Shown piece by piece: positions 51,400 through 60,600 of a stretch of 64,000 nt of DNA. The position numbers and the translations under genes are program-made. Origin of the DNA: a bacterium (lineage in GTDB: Bacteria > SZUA-182 > DTGQ01 > JAFGSM01); the NCBI GenBank assembly GCA_049472335.1, contig JBLIRO010000006.1:22874-86873 (forward strand), written 5' to 3'. Positions within the stretch are counted from its first letter, which is position 1, and each line of letters opens with the position of its first letter. Under the pieces are notes generated by a model. It had not been told where the DNA came from, ran no database searches, and was given only the letters and a program-made list of their open reading frames with translations.

Positions 51400-54300
51400 T
51401 TAATAATATTTGTTGTAATCTTTCCAATAGAGTTGGTTCACATTCCCTGAAACAAAACTTGGAGTTGATGGCACGGACTTTAACCTGCTTCGTTTGCCGG
51501 TTCCATGCCCGGATACCCCTACTAAAACGGCGCTTGGATTTCCTACAATGTCAACACCTGTGACCTTCCCCTCCCCGGCATCGAGGGTTGTAATCCACTT
51601 TTTATTATCGAAACCGCATTGCCCGAAAGCCGCCAGTTTCATAACAACAAGATAAGTCCTGCCAGGGTCGCATCCCGAAATTTCCGGCGGCACATAAACC
51701 AGAAAAAGGGTCTCATATTGAGAGCTGCATTCATTTTTAATAATTATCGGAGATGAATTGAGTTTGGCCTTTGAAGGGAAATAATCACCCGTTTCCGAAT
51801 TCATAATGATATCTGTAAAAAGGGTAACATCAGAATCTTTAAGAATATGTTGATAGTCAAAATGGAGAAGATGGAGTTTTGAAATAAAAGGCGATCCCGG
51901 TTTGTTGATGTCCGGATCGTCATATGTCCCGGAACCGATAACAAGCATAGTGCATGTTGACTTGCCCGCACCGATCCGAAGGACCGGAGGAGAATAGAAA
52001 AACGGCTGATCGGCGCCGGCATTATAAATAACGTCTAATGACCACTTGTCCGGATTACCGACTGTGCTCATATGCCATACCTTTCCTGCGGTATCCACTG
52101 CGTAGGCATCGGTTGTTACACCCTCTGTATTTACGGTAACGGCATCAGCCACAAGGGCATAATCTACGATAGTCGTGGCAGATCCGATACCCTTGGCGAA
52201 TCTAAGATCTCCCATCCGGGCGCCTGCACCGAACTGTATGGCCATAAAGGTCACCCCCTCCGTATCCCTGCTGGCCGGATCATCATAACCGGAACCTACA
52301 AACGCCATATATTCTCTGACATCCTTGCCTTCGGTTTTGTATGTTATCATACCAAGTGAGGCTGTTGACCATGATTCTCCCACAATGGGATCATAAGAAG
52401 TGCTATGGCTTGAATCCGCAGTGTGCCATAGCACGGAAAATGGTTTTGATGCATCATGTCCCAGATCACCTGGCGATGGATGTGTAACATCCAGGGCAAA
52501 ATAATTATATCCGCCTGGTCCCTCTCCGCAAATGAGTATCGTTTTCCATGAGCCGTTAATAAAGGCATCATACACCTTTGGAGAAGCTGCCACACCGAAT
52601 ATATGTTCGGAAGGATCTAATGGCTGACCATGGTTTTGATAAATTTCTACAAGCTTTGGCAGAAGATCCGGTGGAACATACGCAAAAAGTTCATTACCTT
52701 TACACATGCTGAAACAATGCAGCATGCAGTCATTTCCTCCCGAATAAACCACAGTGTTGCGGTTTTTATATGTTACCTCGAAAATATCGTGCCCAGGCGC
52801 TGTTGATCGATGCTCAATCTCATAGGGTGGACCCACTGCAATGGGTGTGCAATTGGTGATATCGTAAAGCCTCCAGAACTTATCTTTTCCTGCGATAAAT
52901 TCAATAACTGCCCTTGCTTCATTAACGCTTGCTCCCAGTCCAAGCTTGAAAAGCACATGATCGTTAGGGCTTCCGGAGACAAAAAATGGCACAAGAGCCC
53001 CTGATGACAAGTCGGAGGTAAAGATATTTCTGTCATTATAGGCGATATGATTTGTATCGAGCTGCTCACCCGCATCCCATAACTCCTTATCCACAGACAT
53101 ATCGAAAGCTGACAAATGGCCTTTCCATTCCGGAAACTGACATGTTGCAAGCAGACCTATGTTTCCTACCATTCGGGAATTAGAGCTCGTGCCCGAAGTG
53201 GGTGCGGATGTGGCGTAGTCTCCTGCAGACGCCTCATAGATTATTTTTTTAAGAGATTCTGCAAGCTCCTCCGCATTGCTTGCATAATAAGCATAATGCC
53301 CGTCAGATTTGAAGGGACATCCTCCGGCTTTTGCAATCTTGTCCAGAGTGTCGCTCCCTGCGGTATCCGAGCCGAATCCCACCATATAAATCCTTATATT
53401 ATAATTTCTATAGAGATCATCCGCATTAGCTACTGCCAGATCTGCTTCGGATGAAGGAGTTGGCTCTCCGTCGGTAATAAAAAGAACATAGTTTCTCCTG
53501 CAACCAAGGGGATCATTGGTATCCACCTCCGCCAGGAAATATTCCTTGAAATCGTTATAGTATTCCTTAGCAATTGTTTTATTGCTCAGAGTGGAGCCTG
53601 TAGGGGTATAGCCGGTCGCTATCAATCCCCCGTCATTCTGAGGGGCCATCCACTGAAATATGTTATTGATCTTTATATCCTGATCAGCCTGGTCGCTTGA
53701 AAAGGAGAAGGGTACAAGAAGCACCCCGCCCCGGTATACGGCATTCGAGGTTAATGTTCCGACCGGATAATTATACCCCCACTTGGGGACACCCCAGGAA
53801 GCGACGCTGCTATAATAAAAGTCGATATCGTTTCTCCCCCCGTAATAAATAAATACATCATTAGGATCTACCTTAAGATTGCAGCCCCCGTTTTGGTCCT
53901 CCGTGCCATCAGCCTTAAACTGTTGTCCGTAGTATTTTTTAAAATAATAATATCGGGTGTTTTCCGCAGGCATCTCTTCATATACGTAGTAGCTTCCCTG
54001 ATACCTCCATGTGTATGATATCCCGTCATCAGGATCGCTAAATACACAGTTATAGGCGCAGGAAGCACAATAGTCACGGTCCACGTCTTTGCTTTTCCAG
54101 TTTCCTTCCGCTTGGCCTTTACCCTTCCCCATATTCCTCCGATACTTGCTGTTATCGGAAGATGTGAGGGTATAAGTGACTCCGTTATACTCAAAGGAAT
54201 TGACCGGTTCATAGCATGGGTCACCGCTGCTTGCCTTTTGGTTCTTCTCACCTCTGATCCTATACCGGCTTCTGTTTAAATCCTGCCTTGAAAAGTACTT

Positions 54301-54705
54301 TATTTTTTTAACCTTAGATTCTTTAGATGCCTTATAGTATGTAAAGTATCCCTTAGACGGGGTTGTATAATTATAATGGGTCTGCAGGAAAGTCATAAGA
54401 CCGAAGTTAGCTAAGGATTTTGTCTCGTTGAGCACATCACTGATGACGCTTTTTGCGATGGCGAGCCGGCTTTCTTCATGGGAGCCGTATTTCCGGCCTT
54501 CCGAATCTCCTTTGTCTAATAATTCTCCGTTTACATCCCTTTGCATACTTCCTGAAGTATCGAAGATGATCATAATATTAGGACGAACGGTCAGGTCCTT
54601 CACTATTCTCAACGGAAACATTTTTGCCCAGGCGGTAGAGACAAGAATCACAATGCCTAAAATACAGAGAAAAATACTATATTTCTTGATCCTCTGCATA
54701 GACAT
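51400..54705 (-). CDS. pilY1: PilY1/PilC-like adhesin 2 (vWA plus beta-propeller)
   Basis: Signal peptide, RPNIMIIFDTSGSM, TDGEP, GGNDCMLHCF, ELFAYVP, GESWS; follows pilX. Confidence 0.87.
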   Translation of the reverse strand: MSMQRIKKYSIFLCILGIVILVSTAWAKMFPLRIVKDLTVRPNIMIIFDTSGSMQRDVNGELLDKGDSEGRKYGSHEESRLAIAKSVISDVLNETKSLANFGLMTFLQTHYNYTTPSKGYFTYYKASKESKVKKIKYFSRQDLNRSRYRIRGEKNQKASSGDPCYEPVNSFEYNGVTYTLTSSDNSKYRRNMGKGKGQAEGNWKSKDVDRDYCASCAYNCVFSDPDDGISYTWRYQGSYYVYEEMPAENTRYYYFKKYYGQQFKADGTEDQNGGCNLKVDPNDVFIYYGGRNDIDFYYSSVASWGVPKWGYNYPVGTLTSNAVYRGGVLLVPFSFSSDQADQDIKINNIFQWMAPQNDGGLIATGYTPTGSTLSNKTIAKEYYNDFKEYFLAEVDTNDPLGCRRNYVLFITDGEPTPSSEADLAVANADDLYRNYNIRIYMVGFGSDTAGSDTLDKIAKAGGCPFKSDGHYAYYASNAEELAESLKKIIYEASAGDYATSAPTSGTSSNSRMVGNIGLLATCQFPEWKGHLSAFDMSVDKELWDAGEQLDTNHIAYNDRNIFTSDLSSGALVPFFVSGSPNDHVLFKLGLGASVNEARAVIEFIAGKDKFWRLYDITNCTPIAVGPPYEIEHRSTAPGHDIFEVTYKNRNTVVYSGGNDCMLHCFSMCKGNELFAYVPPDLLPKLVEIYQNHGQPLDPSEHIFGVAASPKVYDAFINGSWKTILICGEGPGGYNYFALDVTHPSPGDLGHDASKPFSVLWHTADSSHSTSYDPIVGESWSTASLGMITYKTEGKDVREYMAFVGSGYDDPASRDTEGVTFMAIQFGAGARMGDLRFAKGIGSATTIVDYALVADAVTVNTEGVTTDAYAVDTAGKVWHMSTVGNPDKWSLDVIYNAGADQPFFYSPPVLRIGAGKSTCTMLVIGSGTYDDPDINKPGSPFISKLHLLHFDYQHILKDSDVTLFTDIIMNSETGDYFPSKAKLNSSPIIIKNECSSQYETLFLVYVPPEISGCDPGRTYLVVMKLAAFGQCGFDNKKWITTLDAGEGKVTGVDIVGNPSAVLVGVSGHGTGKRSRLKSVPSTPSFVSGNVNQLYWKDYNKYY

Positions 54706-54846
54706 GCTATTCTCCTTTTTTATTTTTTGATTTTTTTAATATTTTCTCTATATAAGGAAATATATAATCCCGGATTATCCTGTGCACTTAATAATTGCTT
54801 TATTAAGCAAATAACCCAATGAGCGATTATTTTTTTAATTCATTCC

Positions 54847-55422
54847 TTATGTCCAGTCAATGTTAGCCTCAACAACATTTATGTTGTCCGTGGTGATATC
54901 TTTTCCACCATAGGAGTGCACGGGATTGGGTTCCCATTGAACGGCAGTCTCTATATATTTCGGCTCACCTTCATTCGCCTTGCTTTCAGAAATGACCACA
55001 AGTATATCATCCGTATCCATGCTGCATTGTTCATCGGCAGTACGATTCGCATCCCCGAAAACAGGGTCATCCATATTATTTTTAACCCGAATGGTATACA
55101 TCATTCCATGAAAGGGGACATCCGACATGCCGGAAAGAATAACCTCTGGATTCGCTGCTGTAGCTGTCTCGATCAAATCATTCCAATCATCTATGGATGT
55201 GGACCGCAGTATATTGATCCCTTGTTCGAGACCAGCCTCAGCGGTGTAGAATTTCTGTTTGATCTTTTTATAGTTCTGTGAAATCATTATATCGGTCGAA
55301 GCCAGATATATGCCGGCCAGACCCATCCCGGTAAGCATGACCATAATGATAAGCGCGGTAAGGAGAGCCATCCCCTCTTGTCCTTTTATGCCGGTACCTT
55401 GCTTTTCTGTAAATGGTTTCAT
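54847..55422 (-). CDS. pilX: Minor pilin PilX
   Basis: QEG-MALLTALII prepilin site without Glu5; FYTAEAGLE. Confidence 0.88.
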   Translation of the reverse strand: MKPFTEKQGTGIKGQEGMALLTALIIMVMLTGMGLAGIYLASTDIMISQNYKKIKQKFYTAEAGLEQGINILRSTSIDDWNDLIETATAANPEVILSGMSDVPFHGMMYTIRVKNNMDDPVFGDANRTADEQCSMDTDDILVVISESKANEGEPKYIETAVQWEPNPVHSYGGKDITTDNINVVEANIDWT

Positions 55423-55433
55423 AGGGAACTCCT

Positions 55434-56372
55434 TTATCGATTACGGACCTGAATAACTGTATTCAATGTCCTGCGCCTGTAATGATCCCCGAAATCGGGA
55501 TTAGTGTATTCAGGATCTGCCTTTGAGGTCCTTGCCATTATATTGATCCTAATATCATCATTACCTATATCCTGAATATCCAGGGATTCGATATTCTCAA
55601 CAAATTTTTCCATTAAACCGCCATTGCATCTTCTTTTCAGAACCGGACAGTTTTTTGTATGTTCTAAAAAAGAGGGATCATTATTATCATTAAATACTGC
55701 ATACGTGACTACATACATAAGGCCGACTTCCGTGCTTTTTCTGTGATTAAGTTGCAGCGGATCGTTAACGGTTGGTGTGGTCGCATCCGTATCGATAAAA
55801 AGCTGAGAGCCGCCGATACTGACTATCTTTGCGAATTCGAGATTTTGAGGATAAATAGTCCCGTAGCCTATATAAATCATATCACCCACGGAAAATTTTC
55901 TTGCCGTCTCAGTGCCTGTCAGCGAAACGGTAATTGATGGACTTAATGCAGGAGCTGCGACAGCGAGTTTAGTGGGAGTGGTTTCTCCATAAATGAAAGT
56001 AATCATATCATCAACAGGATTTGAAGTACCCTCCGTTATTACCAGATTGTCGTTCATGGCTACCGCATAGGGTAAACTAGGAACGAGTCCTTTAGTCCAC
56101 GCAGCGGTTTGTATCATAATAACAGAAGTGTCGGAGCCTGTCTTATATCCCGCCATTCTTATCTCTGTGACCATTCTATTTATTGCCACCCTGATACCCT
56201 GATTCATCTCATTCACACGGGTCTGAATAATGTGTGATTTGTGATGACTATTACTGTACGCGTATATCCCACTCATTACGACAAGAGAGATCACGAGAGC
56301 AATAATGAGCTCTACAAGCGAAAATCCCTGCGACATATATTTTCCTTTATCTAAAAATTGTCTTTTTTTCAT
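55434..56372 (-). CDS. pilW: Minor pilin PilW
   Basis: QG-FSLVELIIAL, EIRMAGY, ENIESL, IQVRN; start moved to ATG 56372. Confidence 0.88.
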   Translation of the reverse strand: MKKRQFLDKGKYMSQGFSLVELIIALVISLVVMSGIYAYSNSHHKSHIIQTRVNEMNQGIRVAINRMVTEIRMAGYKTGSDTSVIMIQTAAWTKGLVPSLPYAVAMNDNLVITEGTSNPVDDMITFIYGETTPTKLAVAAPALSPSITVSLTGTETARKFSVGDMIYIGYGTIYPQNLEFAKIVSIGGSQLFIDTDATTPTVNDPLQLNHRKSTEVGLMYVVTYAVFNDNNDPSFLEHTKNCPVLKRRCNGGLMEKFVENIESLDIQDIGNDDIRINIMARTSKADPEYTNPDFGDHYRRRTLNTVIQVRNR

Positions 56373-56379
56373 AAAATAA

Positions 56380-56829
56380 TCACTCATTTCGGATATAGGT
56401 GGATAATGCGACATAATGCCATCTTTTTACCTGCCATCCAACGATAACAGTTACTGTCTTCAATCCTATTGCCGGTGTTGAATCCGCTACATTCCATACC
56501 CTGATCAATCCCGGATCAGGAGAATCGTTTAGATGATCGGGATCTTTAAAGAGAATGGGATTAGCTTTGATGTCGGTCCCGACATCCGTATCAATGTCGT
56601 CGGTGTCAGCAAGCTCGGGATCGGCAAAATCAAGCCTTTTCAATTCCTCAAGCTTGTCTTCTGCTAGATTGACAGCCCTTGTCATATAGTTGGCCGATTG
56701 ATTGCCAAATATGGAAGCATGGTGAAGTCCGGCTATTCCCAATAAACCTATGGCCAGGAATACGAGGGCTGCCATTACCTCGAGTATGGTGAATCCTGTA
56801 TTATTTTTATTGATCATTATTTGTACCAT
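56380..56829 (-). CDS. pilV: Minor pilin PilV
   Basis: TG-FTILEVMAAL...GLLG, AEDKLEELK, VTVIVGW; start moved to ATG 56829 after GAGGA. Confidence 0.88.
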   Translation of the reverse strand: MVQIMINKNNTGFTILEVMAALVFLAIGLLGIAGLHHASIFGNQSANYMTRAVNLAEDKLEELKRLDFADPELADTDDIDTDVGTDIKANPILFKDPDHLNDSPDPGLIRVWNVADSTPAIGLKTVTVIVGWQVKRWHYVALSTYIRNE

Positions 56830-56839
56830 GAAATTTCCT

Positions 56840-57361
56840 CTACCAGTTGTCATGGATTTTCATAAATCCGGTATTTTCCTGGATCTCTATTTTTTTCTTT
56901 TGATCAACTGTATTTTTAAAAAATATATCCCTGGCAATACAGGTCCCGTCAGATAAAAAATACATGGAATATATCCCTGAAGAGTATCCGGAACTCCCTA
57001 TATAAGCCAGATCTACACTCTTGTTTATCTTTTTTAAAAACAAATCATCATTTTCATCTAACATCTCTACATCTGAAATCCAGGTTTTTTTGGTGGCATC
57101 ATAGTAATAACCTCTGTATCCATCTGTTTTTGGGTAAGAATACAAAAAGAACCTTATACGATAAATAGTATTAAGGCTGATACTCTTAATCCTTGCTCGC
57201 TGAATATCATTTTGAATGGCTGAAACCTGTGAACTGAGTTTCAATCTGGGCATAAAACCGATTACTGAAGGAGCAGCAATAGCGGCCACTATTCCTATGA
57301 TACAAACTACGACTGCTAGCTCGATGAGAGTCATTCCCTCATTCCAGATTTTTTTACTCAT
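56840..57361 (-). CDS. Minor pilin FimT/FimU (GspH-like)
   Basis: EG-MTLIELAVVVCIIGI, QRARIKSI, F..DG, NTG; first gene of the minor-pilin cluster. Confidence 0.85.
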   Translation of the reverse strand: MSKKIWNEGMTLIELAVVVCIIGIVAAIAAPSVIGFMPRLKLSSQVSAIQNDIQRARIKSISLNTIYRIRFFLYSYPKTDGYRGYYYDATKKTWISDVEMLDENDDLFLKKINKSVDLAYIGSSGYSSGIYSMYFLSDGTCIARDIFFKNTVDQKKKIEIQENTGFMKIHDNW

Positions 57362-57485
57362 ATATGCCTCCCATGGGGTTATTTATTTCTTTATCGGCAA
57401 AACATACAAAAACTATGGGTAAGGAAAATGAGGGAGTAAGGGAAAAGAAGGGAACTTATAAAATTTCCGGTAGAATCTTTAGAAG

Positions 57486-57587
57486 AATTGCAAAATGCAA
57501 ATTGCAAATTTTAAATACAAATTTTAAATACAAAATAATGTATTCCTTAAATTTTCATTTTTCATTTTGCAATTTACAATTTGCATT
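57486..57587. repeat. Inverted heptamer arrays (AAATTGC/AAAATGC units)
   Basis: Left arm AATTGCAAAATGCAAATTGCAAATT; right arm TTTTCATTTTTCATTTTGCAATTTACAATTTGCATT. Confidence 0.75.
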
Positions 57588-57694
57588 ATCTATTCTAAAG
57601 AAAAGGGGATAAGTGAAGGGGGATGGTTCTATTTTCAAACTTTAAGCACTTGATACTTTAAACACTTATACTTACCTTGCTTAGTCTCCCGAAT

Positions 57695-60600
57695 TTAAAT
57701 AGTGCAATCCCTCCATGAAGTCACAACAGCCTTACTTTCCGGAAGATTGACCTTCAGAGCGACAAGGTTTTTATCGGTGGTTGTTAAAAACAGTTCGTCT
57801 TTATGGAATACAGGCTTTGAGCCCGGACCTGTGCCCACATAGATTCCGGCTATATTATGCTTTTTGCCTTGCTCATCTGTTATCATATCCTTATCATTAC
57901 AAACGCCGTCCTTGTTAAGGTCAAATACAGGCGTAACAGGAGGCAACCCGGTTTCATATTCCAGGGCGTAAAGCCATGTCTCTCCTTTTCCTGAACATAT
58001 ATTCCGATCCGGGATAAAGGTTGAAAAAAAGACCTTGCCTGCCACAACCAATGGTTGCACAATAACCCGTTCGCTTACCTTTAAGACGGGTGAAGCTTCA
58101 AGCAGCAAGGCCCACGATTTTTTAAGATCATTTTCTCCTTCAATGATTTTTACATATTGTGTTTCATGAGTCTCAGTATCCATATATTCCATTTTTTTAA
58201 TATATAATCTGGCAAAATTATTCAGGGAATAAGTATTCGGATCGTCAATTTTTTCTTTCAAGCCAAAAAAATACTGTTGCGTCCCGGACACTCTGTCTGA
58301 TTGTGATTCATACCTGCCTGTCCCGAAATATACCCATATGCTTCCGGCATCGACAGCGTAAGCATAGGCAGCCTTGGCTCTGATAGGATTTATATGTGAT
58401 GTGTGACCAAAATGAAAAAGTTTTGATATCTTGGGATGTTCACCTTTCCCTATATTTTTAACACGATACATTGTACCGTATAAATTACCCACATAGATAC
58501 GATCCCCTAAATAATCAGCGTTAAGGTCGGCAATCAACGGAGAGGAAAGCGCATCATCCTTTAGATCTGTTGGAGACATCTTTATTCTGTTTATATCATT
58601 TGATCCATTATGCCATAATGGGGCCTTGTTATGCGCGACTATACCGTAAATGTATGCCTCTTTATCCGTTTGATCTGCTGTATCGTATCCTGATCCGAAA
58701 AATGCTCCCCATTCAGTGCCTGTTCCGTTTTTTATCCTTTCAATGCTTGGTTCTGAAAATGAAAGGCCAAGCTCGGAATCCGTAAATTCCCATAAATACC
58801 TGGTTCCTTTAGTCTCCCCGAAAGGCTTGCCATGCGTTACATCCAAAGCAAAATACGATTCTCCTCCTTCCCTTAAACCGCAAACTAGTATGGTCATCCA
58901 AGAGCCTCCGGTGAAAATATCCGCCACCTGAGGAGAACCATTTATGTAATATTGATGGCAATAATCATTACTACACTGATCAAATGTAGGATTATTGGCG
59001 TTATTCAGCTTTGCATGAGAGCTTTTTGGGAAAAAGGCCCATTGTTCAGATCCGTTAGAAAGCAGGAAGGTGTGCAACGCCCCGTCGTTAGCCCCCACAT
59101 AAACCAGAGGATCCCGGGTTACATCCTTTTTCCATCTCTCATATCCGTCAAATGGGTAATAAAATGGTGGGTTACCAACAATGACAGGCGTTGAGCCGAT
59201 AATATCCCCTATATTTTTACATAGCCAATTATCATTATCGAGCACCGAATCGGTATAAGATATGATTCTCATTGAATCCGAAGGATCTATGGTAAATACT
59301 TTTCTGATGACAGGAATGGACTCACTCGCCTTCCACAGCAGTGAACTCCATTCCATGCCTTCATTGTCATATGTATAGGCGGCCAGATCTCCGGACCAGT
59401 CTGTTGAGTCGAATTCTGTTATTGCAAAGATATCACCATAATCAGCAGAAGCGGCAAGAACGGGAGATAATCCAAAAAATGTCTTTGATTTGATTTTAGC
59501 TGAAATTTTTATAAGGTTTTCTATAAGATCATCTTTATTATAGACGAGAAATGGTTGTCCTGTGCCGTTTATTTCTTTGTGAATCACAAAAAGATCCTTT
59601 GAGGAACGGCCTCTCTCATTACTTATTTGGGCTATTATACTAATCTGGGTGGCATCGTCGATACCGAAGTCCACAGCTATGGGAGTTACTCCTATATCAC
59701 AAAGCCCTTTGACGTTCTGCCTGATAATCGTATCCGTTGATCCCATACTCCCCAATCCGTCAGTTATAGAAATAAGGAACTTAGGCTGACATGGAAGATC
59801 CATGAAAGATTTGCCGGTTCCATCTTTGTCTTTCCTTTGACCAAGGAAGTATTCCTTTGCGGCAATTAGGGAATTGGCAAAAGGGGTTCCTGCGAATGCA
59901 TTTCCCGATGTCTGATCTATGCTCTCGCGAAGTCTTTTCTGATGATCATGGTCATTGGCTTCGCAACCGACAAGGATCTTCGTATAGTCAATATCCTGAG
60001 TATAACCGGCGCTACTCCTGGAGCACCAAGTCCCGTAGCCCCAGGCGATATCTTTTTCAGTAATCAGGGTATTGATAACGGACTTTGCGATTTCAATCCT
60101 GCTTTGTATTGGAGGGACAGTCCACTCAGGAAGATTATTCCAGTTAACATAGGCATTTGTAAGGGACCTCCCGGAAATATTCCGGGCTGACTGTGAAAAC
60201 GCTGGCGGATTGTCGAGCGCCTCTCCACGGATCATAAGAGACGTAGGACCACCCTGGCCTTCATCAGGAACAAATTCCAAAAAGGCATTGGTTATTCTGG
60301 CATTCCTCGGGATTGGAACATCTTTGAAACGGATGCCTATGGTCTGCTCAGCGCCCATGTCATTGAGCAGTTCCAGGTCGGTGCCTGCAAGAAACATATT
60401 GCCCGCTTGTCCTTCCTCAGCGTCATCACTGGACTGGGAAACCCTGATATCTGCCTCCCTGGGTTTACCCGACCAGGTATATTCCAGATGAAGGAGAGGA
60501 GCTGATCCGGGGGCCCCATCATATGACTCCGCTGTTCTATGACCGCTGCCCGTTATTATGAAGGCCATCGCATTCCCCTTTTTCCAACCGGGCCTGTCAA

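Noticed and set aside
26539..54705. Diversity-generating retroelement acting on the pilY1 paralogs
   Set aside because: No reverse transcriptase and no near-identical repeat pair differing only at adenines was seen; divergence looks ordinary
57364..57612. 82-aa plus-strand ORF
   Set aside because: Runs through the heptamer repeat arrays; low-complexity artefact
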